Shown here piece by piece: positions 41,133-49,614 of a DNA stretch of 64,000 bases. The stretch is from positions 44,115 to 108,114 of the forward strand of contig CAZDED010000004.1 in NCBI GenBank assembly GCA_964504535.1, given 5' to 3'. Made by a program: the position numbers and the translations under genes. This DNA comes from an uncultured Gammaproteobacteria bacterium. Lineage in GTDB: Bacteria > Patescibacteriota > Microgenomatia > Levybacterales > GWA1-39-11. Position 1 is the first letter of the stretch; each line of letters begins with the position of its first letter. The notes beneath the pieces were generated by a model. It was not told the DNA's origin. It made no database searches and worked only from the letters and a program-made list of their open reading frames with translations.

Positions 41133-41152
41133 ACCCTAGGATTTTTTGCAGA

Positions 41153-41617
41153 CTACAAACCCAAGAGCTGCTTCTTTTTTGCTTGAAATTCTTCTTCTGT
41201 AATTATGCCCTTTTCTTTAAGTCCTGCTAATTTCTCGATTTCATCTAAAGGGCTTGCAACAGCGCTTGTTGGGCTGCCACTAATCCGTTCTTCGATTAGC
41301 AATTTTGCTTCCTCAAATTTACCATTATTGCCACCATTTGCATGAAAATTGATACTATTCTCATCTTTAGTGGACTGGAACATGCCACCTTTTGCTTCAG
41401 AACCACCAGCGAGAGTAAGCTGTATGTATCCCGCTAGCATTCCTGCTTTCTTAAGCTGAACGGCAACGATACTTTTGTATGGGATTGATTTGTCTCCCCT
41501 CAGCATACCTCCACCAAGCAAAAATCCTTTAACGCCTCTTTTTATAATTACTCCTGTTGAAGTTAAAACCAACGTCCCGTTATACCCCTTGAATTCTTTT
41601 ATATTTTCGTCTGACAT
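41153..41617 (-). CDS. DUF4429-like + SHOCT domain protein
   Basis: GYIQL, DENSI, EIEKLAGLKEKGIITEEEFQAKKKQLL. Confidence 0.85.
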   Translation of the reverse strand: MSDENIKEFKGYNGTLVLTSTGVIIKRGVKGFLLGGGMLRGDKSIPYKSIVAVQLKKAGMLAGYIQLTLAGGSEAKGGMFQSTKDENSINFHANGGNNGKFEEAKLLIEERISGSPTSAVASPLDEIEKLAGLKEKGIITEEEFQAKKKQLLGL

Positions 41618-41665
41618 ATTGCTTGAGTATATTTAATTCTGTATTTTAATACAACAACTTTTCAA

Positions 41666-42474
41666 CTAAGAGTCCATTCTCTTGAAAATATCTTTAAGCT
41701 TTTTCCCAATCTCTATATACTCATTCTTTTTTGCCTGCTGACTAATTTCATCAATATACCTTGAAGATAGTCTCACCAAGCAACTTGCCCCAAAAACAAG
41801 TGCCTCATCCAAGTCTTTTTTTGCAATTTCTTTATGATTGTCCGTACTCATAAAAGAAATTACATCTAAAGGGTTCAAATGATTTTTTCTATTGCAATGG
41901 ATGTATCCTCTTGAAGTAAGCTCTATGTCATTCAATGTTATTTTGTACTTTTTTTCTTGGATTTGATTGCTTCAGCAAGAATAACCAACATTTTATCAAC
42001 GTCCATACCTATCCATGAATGAAGGTCTGTGCCCGAAGGACGGTGAGTAAATTCCTTTTTTACTTTTTTATATTTCCTATCAATGTCTTTTATATCTTCT
42101 ACAGAAAAGCCTAACAAACCAACCGGATTGAGCCCAAGCCTACGAACAAACTCTAACTCCTCGTGCATCTGCACTGACAGAAAACGCTTGAATTTTCGGG
42201 CAAGCCTCCTTTTGCCAAATGCGACCATATACTCAATAGCAACTGTGTCTTCAATCATTGCTCGTACTAAATCTAATGCCTTATCTCCAAATAATTCATT
42301 TTTTGTAGCTAAAAATCTCACAGAAAGTAAAGAAAATACATTTCTTCTATATATGCCTTCAAAAATATTAAGAAACTGATTTCCGTCAGGAGGGTGGTGA
42401 TTTGTTGCAAGTGGATTTACTAAGTCCAACAACTCATCAACGGTCGCAAGTAGTTCATCGGTAGTGCCTTTCAT
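41666..42474 (-). pseudogene. DUF5677/HEPN-like gene split by a frameshift at an A7 run
   Basis: ORF 42474-41938 (RAMIE, HSW) joins ORF 41935-41666 (NRKNH) via a -1 shift at GAAAAAAAG. Confidence 0.6.
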
Positions 42475-42589
42475 TTGAGGTTATTATAACCTATTAAAAA
42501 CGGCTCGCTTTTTTACAATAGTTCGTAGTGATTTGAACTAAATCGTGTTATACTTCGATGAATTCCTGCCCAAAGGCAGGTTTTTTTGT

Positions 42590-43726
42590 ATGAATTGGGT
42601 TCCCATAACTTCTATCTTTACAATTTTAGCTTTCTACGTTGCATGGGCTGCATTTTACATTGAAAGAACTAGTAAGCTCCGTGGAAAAAGAGAAGAAAAA
42701 ATAGATATTCTTAAGTCAATTGAAAAGGAACTATCACTTATGGGTAGTTGGCTAGGTGAGAACTATAACGATGCAAATTACACTCAACTACAAGACCCAT
42801 GGCACCCATTTCATATGGTATATGGGCTTGTAAGGAATGATGCGATTAAAAACGCGATATCTTTGAAATCCGTATCGCTTCTTTCAAATGATTTGCTTGA
42901 GGCACTCGTCGCTTTTAATCAAAAGATGGGAGGGTTTGAGCAGCACGTCAATAGAATGGTCCAATTTAATACTTCAGACCCCATCATAGCAACAAAGGCT
43001 TTCTATTATTACGACAGCACTTTTGCTAAATATTCAAGACCTAAGAAATGGCTAGAGTTTGAAAAGCTTGCAAAGAAACTGTTTACGGGCAAAAGATTAC
43101 TCCCAGAAGAAATCCATCTTGTTGGGAGCGTAAGAATCCTAAAAGACCTTCATGTTATTGGGATTGGAGATGAAAATAATCCTACGCACTTACGGTTTTC
43201 CTATGTAATAGTTAGAGACATGGTAAGGGTCGAGTTAGCTGAAGTTTCTAGGGAAAAATTGTTTAGGCAGCCACGGTTATTTTCAATGCTTGATGCACTC
43301 GTGGCATTCTCCTTTGTTGCGCTTCTTGTCGCGATTCCTGTTTTCACAGTGGAAGGAGGTGTATTGATAAAAAATATGAATTCTATTTCATTTTTATTAC
43401 CGTTAATTTCAATAATCGCTGTTAGTATATTTCTAGGATTGATAAAGTATGCTTCAATCGCTAGCAAGTATATTGGCACCCCATGGCAATCTAAATTTGC
43501 CGAAATTTGGAATGATACACTTAATTTTCTCTTAGCGGGGCTCGTTGGATATTACTTTGTTTTGGTAAGACTGCCAAAACTATTGGCGGGAGAGAGTGTC
43601 GGTTTAAGCGATTTCGTGTTGTTCTTTATATTCGCAATGGGTATGTTCGGACATTTATGTGTATTATCTAAAAATACGACCGAAGGCGTTCAGGCTATAA
43701 TGGAAAAGATTATTGGAAGACACTAA
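42590..43726 (+). CDS. Multi-TM hypothetical protein
   Basis: N-terminal TM, soluble middle, four C-terminal hydrophobic segments. Confidence 0.65.
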   Translation: MNWVPITSIFTILAFYVAWAAFYIERTSKLRGKREEKIDILKSIEKELSLMGSWLGENYNDANYTQLQDPWHPFHMVYGLVRNDAIKNAISLKSVSLLSNDLLEALVAFNQKMGGFEQHVNRMVQFNTSDPIIATKAFYYYDSTFAKYSRPKKWLEFEKLAKKLFTGKRLLPEEIHLVGSVRILKDLHVIGIGDENNPTHLRFSYVIVRDMVRVELAEVSREKLFRQPRLFSMLDALVAFSFVALLVAIPVFTVEGGVLIKNMNSISFLLPLISIIAVSIFLGLIKYASIASKYIGTPWQSKFAEIWNDTLNFLLAGLVGYYFVLVRLPKLLAGESVGLSDFVLFFIFAMGMFGHLCVLSKNTTEGVQAIMEKIIGRH

Positions 43727-44423
43727 TCCTTTGATACAATTCAGCACTATGGCTCACATGGTACCATCAAAATATTCCGCAGCATCAGAATTGCGCGCAA
43801 TCGCTCTTGGAAGAGTTGCAAAGAGCTTGCCCTGCTATGGCGCTCTACCGGTGCCAATAATGAGGCTTTTGGTCGACGAACAGCTATTACTGGAATCTGT
43901 AAAGAGAACCACATTCAAGGGAAAGGTGGAAATTATAGACTTACGCGGAGAAAATACTGAATATCTCGACGAGGAAGAACCTGCAACAATTGCATATAAT
44001 GACTATAGCTTTGTAATGGCACCGGCATATAAAGCGTTTGAAGGATACCTAATTTTTCTTTCTGATACCTTTGGGCTTCCAACTGAAACTTACAAAAACA
44101 GAATCGGAGGGCTCTATGATTGGGAAGCAAATGCAGCAGCTGAAAAGGAAATAGTTGAAGCTCTTGAAGCCAAGCTTGGTACTGACAAAGAAGGAAAAGA
44201 CCGTTGGAGAGAATTAAGCATGGTTCTACGAACATATCGACATAATCCTGCACATTTTTTAGGAGACAAAGTCGGAACATTCGAGCAAGCAGAGGATTGT
44301 GCAAAAGCGATATTGAATACAATAAATCAAATGACAAAGTATTTAATCGATAAGGAAGTTTTGCACGATGGCGACAAGGAAGACGAAGCAATTTGTGATG
44401 TTAATAATGAGCAGGTTCGCTAA
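43713..44423 (+). CDS. HEPN-like protein resembling RnlA/LsoA RNase domain
   Basis: DYS..MAPAYKAFEGYL and RHNPAH (RxxxxH); start may be a later ATG. Confidence 0.6.
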   Translation: MEDTNPLIQFSTMAHMVPSKYSAASELRAIALGRVAKSLPCYGALPVPIMRLLVDEQLLLESVKRTTFKGKVEIIDLRGENTEYLDEEEPATIAYNDYSFVMAPAYKAFEGYLIFLSDTFGLPTETYKNRIGGLYDWEANAAAEKEIVEALEAKLGTDKEGKDRWRELSMVLRTYRHNPAHFLGDKVGTFEQAEDCAKAILNTINQMTKYLIDKEVLHDGDKEDEAICDVNNEQVR

Positions 44424-44526
44424 TTTCTTTTGAAAGCTTTTTTATCTCTTCCCATCTCTGCCTTAGTTCTCCAGTCTGGCTAGAATTTTGGAACGTGAGT
44501 ATAATATTGTCAGGGATGGGGAGCAC
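44401..44526 (-). other. Detached C-terminal fragment of the serine recombinase at attR
   Basis: Open frame VLPIPDNIILTFQNSSQTGELRQRWEEIKKLSKEISEPAHY*, same register across the GGAGCACC core as recombinase end VLRD*. Confidence 0.78.
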
Positions 44527-44574
44527 CACTTTTTAGCCTCAATTTTGTCATACCCCGAGTAGGACGATCGAACC
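44520..44574. repeat. att-junction repeat copy A
   Basis: GGAGCA + 17-mer tttttagcctcaatttt identical to 45691-45707 + ...tcgaacc. Confidence 0.8.
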
Positions 44575-44578
44575 TAAT

Positions 44579-45289
44579 TTATTGAAGATCGTCAAAAAAT
44601 TCTTGTTCTTTCTCTCCTAATGGTTTTATAACAGTTAGGAAATTTATGCTTAGTCCCTTCAATCCAGTCTGAACACGAAAGTCATCGCCACAGTCTCCTT
44701 CTGAGATAGGATATTCAGCTAACGCAGATCTGTTCAGTCCGATCACAACACCTCTGCTTTTTCTTGCTTCAAGAACAGCTTCACGAATTGTTTCTTCAGA
44801 TAAATTAAATGATGAGAGAGCTGTCCTTGCTTCTCTTGTAAGGAGATTATCATATTCATATTCCTCTACCAGATTGGATGCTACATGAGCATGCGGTTCG
44901 ATTGGTAATGAAAGGTGGCTCAAGAAACGATGTCCTTGTGCATTAGTTTCAGCAGAACCTTCACTGACAGAAATTGCGTAATCTGTACCATAATTTGCGA
45001 CATCTGACCCCTCAGGCAGTTCCTCGTATGGGAAATTACTCGCTGGAGTGAAGTATACATCTCCGATTTGTGGTACTTCAGGCATACCTGCATATTGAGG
45101 ATTTGTACAACCTGGGATCACGCCCCTCTGTAGAAGTACTTTCACGGTCTCGATGCTTGTTCCATGATAGGCGATACAATCCTCAGAAATTAACGGTTCT
45201 TTAGATAATCGTACAAGCAAGCCTTTTCGATATTCAACTGATTGATATTCAGCCGCTGGTATTACTCTGTTATCAGATTCATTAATCAT
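44579..45289 (-). CDS. Hypothetical protein (AYHGTS motif, possibly ADP-ribosyltransferase-like fold)
   Basis: YHGTS and VYFT motifs only; family weakly supported. Confidence 0.5.
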   Translation of the reverse strand: MINESDNRVIPAAEYQSVEYRKGLLVRLSKEPLISEDCIAYHGTSIETVKVLLQRGVIPGCTNPQYAGMPEVPQIGDVYFTPASNFPYEELPEGSDVANYGTDYAISVSEGSAETNAQGHRFLSHLSLPIEPHAHVASNLVEEYEYDNLLTREARTALSSFNLSEETIREAVLEARKSRGVVIGLNRSALAEYPISEGDCGDDFRVQTGLKGLSINFLTVIKPLGEKEQEFFDDLQ

Positions 45290-45297
45290 GCTCCGAA

Positions 45298-45351
45298 TTA
45301 TACATAATTATTCATATAATAGGTTCTGACATTTTCTATCAGGGGGAGCAA
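45298..45351 (-). repeat. Recombinase-tail/att relic C
   Basis: Reads LLPLIENVRTYYMNNYV* from a GGAGCA core; shares ataataggttctga with 46826-46839. Confidence 0.65.
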
Positions 45352-45397
45352 ATGATTTTCGATTGACGTCGTTTTTATTTACTGCTAAAATCCCTCC

Positions 45398-45652
45398 ATG
45401 ACTGAAATTACTCCAAGCTGTCCTGCAGGAAGTGGAGAGTGCCCCGTTGAATGTCCTATTTATTTCGCTGCAGTAAACTCTATGCCTCCCATTGAGGAAA
45501 TCGACCCATATATGATGCGCTTGTCTTTGCTATTTGCCGATGCATTTAATCATGAAATTAAGGTTGTTGATATAGCAAATGTGTTAAGTAGATGCATGAA
45601 AGAAACAGGAAGGAATTACCTTCAAGAATTGAGTGATAATAATCAACTCTAG
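45398..45652 (+). CDS. Small Cys-containing hypothetical protein
   Basis: CP..ECPVECP; TAAAAT 6 nt before ATG. Confidence 0.55.
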   Translation: MTEITPSCPAGSGECPVECPIYFAAVNSMPPIEEIDPYMMRLSLLFADAFNHEIKVVDIANVLSRCMKETGRNYLQELSDNNQL

Positions 45653-45668
45653 TTTTAAACTGGCGGGA

Positions 45669-45735
45669 GTCCTAGCGGGGGAGCAATGTATTTTTAGCCT
45701 CAATTTTTCTTCAACCCCAGTTGGATGCTCGAACC
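45669..45735. repeat. att-junction repeat copy B with tRNA-3'-like half
   Basis: gtcctagcgggggagca is 13/17 identical to tRNA end 33141-33157, followed by the copy A 17-mer. Confidence 0.78.
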
Positions 45736-45745
45736 ATTTGTTATA

Positions 45746-46060
45746 ATGTCTTCATCTGTGAAGTACAACGAATACAAAATTAATACCATTGTTTGGTTGT
45801 ATCCCAGCATGGCTGGGTGGCACTTTGTAACAATTCCGGAAGATGTGTCTGATGATATAAATCATCAATTTGGAGATAGAAAAAGAGGGTGGGGCTCTCT
45901 ACCAGTTAAAGCAACAATCGGAAAGACCACATGGGAAACATCCATCTTTCCAGACAAAAAAACAAATACGTATCTTTTACCTGTCAAAAAAGGAGTGAGG
46001 AAAAAGGAATACATTAAAGCAGATACTAATGTATTATTAGTACTTGAAATAAAAGCCTAG
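45746..46060 (+). CDS. DUF1905-like protein
   Basis: GWHFV, RGWGSLPV, W.TSIFP, YLLPVK; start uncertain. Confidence 0.8.
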   Translation: MSSSVKYNEYKINTIVWLYPSMAGWHFVTIPEDVSDDINHQFGDRKRGWGSLPVKATIGKTTWETSIFPDKKTNTYLLPVKKGVRKKEYIKADTNVLLVLEIKA

Positions 46061-46094
46061 TGGCTTTCAAAGATCTGGTACAATACCAACATAT

Positions 46095-46502
46095 ATGAAA
46101 ATAGAAGATAGAACAAAAGATAATCCATGGAAATTGAAAACCCCCCCACTTTCCTCAGAATACGAAATGTATATTGACGAAAAAGAAGGTTCAAAAGTCA
46201 TCGTATGCGTAGTTGGTAAAACAACATTGCTTTATGACTACGATGCAATTGCCGATTTATACCAGATGCTAAAGTCTCATGGAGATTGGATGGAATTAGG
46301 TGGAGCAGACGAGCAGAAGCCAACAAAAGAAGGGACTGTTGAAGACTGGGGACGTTCTTCTAAAAACCCTAAAGGTGGTTGGTATGGTTTGAAAAAAGGA
46401 CTTCGTGGAAGATTTGGCGTATACATGCCACCACTACTTGAAACGCTTGGATTAGCTGAGCTTGAGCATAACCCAAGGAATAATAGAATGAAAGCTAAAT
46501 AA
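46095..46502 (+). CDS. Conserved hypothetical protein (DUF6855-like)
   Basis: PWKLKTPP, GWYGLKKGLRGRFG, EHNPRNNRM. Confidence 0.7.
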   Translation: MKIEDRTKDNPWKLKTPPLSSEYEMYIDEKEGSKVIVCVVGKTTLLYDYDAIADLYQMLKSHGDWMELGGADEQKPTKEGTVEDWGRSSKNPKGGWYGLKKGLRGRFGVYMPPLLETLGLAELEHNPRNNRMKAK

Positions 46503-46522
46503 CGCTTCTAGCTAAATCAGGA

Positions 46523-46762
46523 CTATTTATCTTCTGGCAGTGCATCAAACTCTTTGCGTTTTTCATCCATCCATTTTTGCATTGCTTCAGGGTCTTTCAT
46601 TTTCTCTTTCATTTGTTCCATCGCTTTCAAATGTGCGTCATCTCCTTTTTGGAACATCTCTGCTCCATGTTGTTGGCTGAGTTTGGCCATTTCATCAAAT
46701 GTTTCAGCATGAAACTCCATATCACAAGCACCTGCCAACTGATTACATGTCATTGTCTTCAT
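46523..46762 (-). CDS. DUF1059-like small protein
   Basis: MKTMTC..L.GAC, SQQHG, FDALPED. Confidence 0.75.
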   Translation of the reverse strand: MKTMTCNQLAGACDMEFHAETFDEMAKLSQQHGAEMFQKGDDAHLKAMEQMKEKMKDPEAMQKWMDEKRKEFDALPEDK

Positions 46763-46795
46763 AAATTTTTACCTCCTTCCCATAAACATTATACA

Positions 46796-46861
46796 TTAGG
46801 ACGGATTTTGGAGAGCTGTAGCAGCATAATAGGTTCTGAACGATTTCATTAAGTGGGGCAA
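46796..46861 (-). repeat. Recombinase-tail/att relic D
   Basis: Reads LPHLMKSFRTYYAATALQNPS* from GGGGCA; 14-nt identity with relic C. Confidence 0.55.
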
Positions 46862-46907
46862 AACAGAAGCTCTTTATCATACTTCTTCAATTTGATATCA
46901 TATAACT

Positions 46908-47333
46908 ATGGCGACAATAAATCCCTGGATCAACTTCAATGGTAATGCTGAGGAAGCATTTACTTTTTACAAATCAGTATTTGGCGGTGAATTTACGAAA
47001 GTGGTACGTTTTAAAGATATCGCAACTGAAGAATTCCCAGTAGATGAAAAAGAAGAAAATAAAATTATGTATATCTCTTTGCCCATCGGTAAAGAGAATA
47101 TGCTAATAGCAAATGATGTTCCTGAAATTATGGGACGAGTAAATGAGCAGGAGAACAGAAGCAAGATTTCAATAAATGCGGAAAGTAAAGAAGAGGCGGA
47201 CAAATTGTTTACTGGTTTATCTGAGGGCGGAGAAGTAGAAGGACCCATGGGAGACAGTCCTTGGGACTCATATGCGGGCATGTTTCGGGATAAATACGGC
47301 ATTGAATGGATAATAGAATTTTCTAACAAATAA
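46908..47333 (+). CDS. VOC/PhnB family protein
   Basis: FNGNAEEAF.FY, DKYGIEW. Confidence 0.88.
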   Translation: MATINPWINFNGNAEEAFTFYKSVFGGEFTKVVRFKDIATEEFPVDEKEENKIMYISLPIGKENMLIANDVPEIMGRVNEQENRSKISINAESKEEADKLFTGLSEGGEVEGPMGDSPWDSYAGMFRDKYGIEWIIEFSNK

Positions 47334-47334
47334 C

Positions 47335-47835
47335 ATGAGTCGACTTATTACATGCATCTGGTTTTCCAACAATGACGGGGAAGAGGCAGCAAATTACTAC
47401 ATAGACACTTTCAATTCTGCTCCAGGTAATCACGAGGGAAAAATTGGAGACATCACAAAATCACCTAAGGCATCTGAAGAAGTTTCTGGTAGACCTGAAG
47501 GGTCAATTTTGACTGCAGAATATGAGTTGGATGGAATAAGTTTTATGGCTCTTAATGGTGGCCCCGTTGATCAATTCAAACTTAACGGCGCAACATCTTA
47601 CATTATTGAATGTGAGACGCAGGAAGAAATTGACTACTTCTGGGAAAAACTTTCCGCAATTGCCGAGGCAGAGCAGTGCGGATGGTGCACAGATAAATTC
47701 GGGGTCACATGGCAAGTAGTCCCAAGGATTTTAGATGAGATGATGCGCGATCCTGAAAAAGCTGACGCTGTAACAAATGTCTTTATGCCAATGAAAAAAC
47801 TTGACCTTGAAGCAATCCGAAAAGCTGGTGAATAA
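47335..47835 (+). CDS. VOC/PhnB (3-dmu-9 3-mt-like) protein
   Basis: ALNGGP, QEEIDYFW, CGWCTDKFGVTWQVVP. Confidence 0.9.
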   Translation: MSRLITCIWFSNNDGEEAANYYIDTFNSAPGNHEGKIGDITKSPKASEEVSGRPEGSILTAEYELDGISFMALNGGPVDQFKLNGATSYIIECETQEEIDYFWEKLSAIAEAEQCGWCTDKFGVTWQVVPRILDEMMRDPEKADAVTNVFMPMKKLDLEAIRKAGE

Positions 47836-47916
47836 AGCTGTTCTGACGTTGTCTGCCCTCAAAGTACTAATTTAATATGTGAAGCAATTGATTTGCACTG
47901 CTATAATAAACAAGAC

Positions 47917-48225
47917 ATGACAAAAAATCCTCTTATTAATTCAGCTAGTGCACTAGGATATATTATCCTTGTGAGCACAGCTCTTAACTACATGTCGACC
48001 ATCAACAAAGGCAAACCTGATACTATGTTTGCTCCTATTGCATTCTTGTCTTTGTTCACTTTTTCAGCAGCTCTGATGGGTTACTTCTTTCTCTATCAAC
48101 CAGTGCAACTCTATATTGATGGGAAGAAAAAAGAAGCAACAAAGCTTTTTACACGAACACTGTTATATTTTGGAATCGTCCCTGTTATTCTTTTTGCTTT
48201 GTTTACTCTTGGCATCCTCCACTAA
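47917..48225 (+). CDS. Three-TM membrane protein
   Basis: LSLFTFSAALMGYFF..P. Confidence 0.7.
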   Translation: MTKNPLINSASALGYIILVSTALNYMSTINKGKPDTMFAPIAFLSLFTFSAALMGYFFLYQPVQLYIDGKKKEATKLFTRTLLYFGIVPVILFALFTLGILH

Positions 48226-48259
48226 GCCCCACACACACTTTTTTACAACCAATCTCGAA

Positions 48260-48275
48260 TTTGATACTAATCACA
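48260..48275. promoter_or_regulatory. CRP/FNR-type site at -41.5
   Basis: TTTGA-tactaa-TCACA; -10 TAGAAT 48297-48302, ATG 48309. Confidence 0.6.
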
Positions 48276-48308
48276 TAAATTTTTATGTTTGGATAGTAGA
48301 ATTGATAT

Positions 48309-48470
48309 ATGAAAATAAATAAAGAGTGGCATACTAAAAATAGGATGGTAAAAAATCCGACTCTTGATGAGAGAGTGGGGTGGCACCTTCAGCATGCAAA
48401 ACATTGCATCTGCCACCCATTGGGAGGTAAAATTTTAGAAGAGATAAAGAAAAGAGGTATTCATGTCTAA
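48309..48470 (+). CDS. Small His/Cys-rich protein (53 aa, not in track)
   Basis: MKINKEWHTKNRMVKNPTLDERVGWHLQHAKHCICHP...; overlaps next start. Confidence 0.7.
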   Translation: MKINKEWHTKNRMVKNPTLDERVGWHLQHAKHCICHPLGGKILEEIKKRGIHV

Positions 48471-48840
48471 AAAAATAATTATTGACACGGTGGGTTGGGG
48501 AGTTATGCTTTGGCTCATAGGCTATCTTCTTGGAATTATTCTGTTCTTTTTTATTCCCTCTTCGTTATTAGGATGGGTTATCATGCCAATAGGAATAACA
48601 ATTACTCTTTGGGTTTTGTTGAAAAAAATTACCAACAATTCGATAAAGCATTATCTCCTGCTTGGAGTTGCTTGGACTACAATTGCGGTCGTTTGCGATT
48701 ATTTTTTATTAGTAAAAGTATTTAAGCCAGTTGACGGCTATTATAAATTGGATGTTTATATTTATTACTTTACGACCTTACTCCTACCAGCTATTGTCGG
48801 GTGGATGAAAATATTAAAAAAAGAAAACTTTCAGCTGTAA
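48463..48840 (+). CDS. Four-TM membrane protein
   Basis: GWG..LWLIGY, GYYKLDVY.YY. Confidence 0.75.
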   Translation: MSKKIIIDTVGWGVMLWLIGYLLGIILFFFIPSSLLGWVIMPIGITITLWVLLKKITNNSIKHYLLLGVAWTTIAVVCDYFLLVKVFKPVDGYYKLDVYIYYFTTLLLPAIVGWMKILKKENFQL

Positions 48841-48844
48841 TTAT

Positions 48845-49306
48845 TTATTTGAAACCTCTAACTTTGGGGCTTACGAGGGCTCTAAAGATATCTCCCTTAC
48901 TTACTATTCCAAGAACGTGTTTTTTGTCATCAACAACCGGTAGCCGTCCTACTTCTTTTAATTTCATGATAGATTCTGCTTTCAGAATAGGATCATCCAA
49001 ATGAATATAAGTAACTCTTTTACTCATGACTTCTTTCACTTTCTTTTGAAGTACCGGCTTTATTTTTTTCTCCATCGCTTCAAAATCACGTTCATGGACA
49101 TAATCCACCATCAGATCTGAAACACTCGGAAACATTTCTGAAATGATGTCTTGCTCGGAAATAAATCCAACCAATTTCTTGTATTTCCCTTCAACTACTG
49201 GAAGACCTTTGTGATGTTTACCAAAGATTAATTTAGCTGCGTCATTTAATGTGGCGTTGGGAGTAGTACTAACGAATTTCTTTTTGAAAATATCTTTTAC
49301 TTTCAA
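48845..49306 (-). CDS. CBS-pair protein
   Basis: GLPVV..LVG.ISE.D, RLPVVD..GIVS..D. Confidence 0.9.
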   Translation of the reverse strand: MKVKDIFKKKFVSTTPNATLNDAAKLIFGKHHKGLPVVEGKYKKLVGFISEQDIISEMFPSVSDLMVDYVHERDFEAMEKKIKPVLQKKVKEVMSKRVTYIHLDDPILKAESIMKLKEVGRLPVVDDKKHVLGIVSKGDIFRALVSPKVRGFK

Positions 49307-49396
49307 GCTTGTAATATTATACTCCTACTACACAATAGGCTGCTTGATCATATGTGCCTCTTCTATTTTTGGCCGTGAGGGTATATAATAACTCTC

Positions 49397-49543
49397 ATGG
49401 CAAAAAGAGCAACGGGAGTTGGAAAAAGAGGACGCATCCACTCACCAAAAACAAAAAAAAGAATGGCTATCAAAGAAGCAATGCTTAAAGCATTGGCTGT
49501 CAAAAGAGGATTTACTGGCAAAAGAAAAGATAAAAAATCCTAA
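49397..49543 (+). CDS. Small Lys/Arg-rich protein (48 aa, not in track)
   Basis: MAKRATGVGKRGRIHSPKTKKRMAIKEAMLK...; TATAAT just upstream of ATG. Confidence 0.6.
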   Translation: MAKRATGVGKRGRIHSPKTKKRMAIKEAMLKALAVKRGFTGKRKDKKS

Positions 49544-49614
49544 CTGACCCATATTCTCCTTCGCAATTTTCTTTCACAGATTTTTTAAAAACCTCTTTTA
49601 GTGTACTATTAAAT

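Larger units (their letters stand above)
33152..44527. mobile_element. Serine-recombinase integrative element at tRNA-Asn 3' end (~11.4 kb)
   Basis: GGAGCACC direct repeat at 33152-33159 and 44520-44527; recombinase, HTH rep-like and DUF5659 genes at left end. Confidence 0.85.

Noticed and set aside
42515-42545. Possible internal att relic (SLRTIV)
   Set aside because: In-frame stop just upstream and no core match
44547-44577. Second tRNA gene on the minus strand
   Set aside because: Only a T-arm-like fragment; no D or anticodon arm
44500-47870. CRISPR array or classical attC integron
   Set aside because: Repeats are degenerate and spaced 0.3-1.2 kb apart; no cas genes, tyrosine IntI or clear attC box structure
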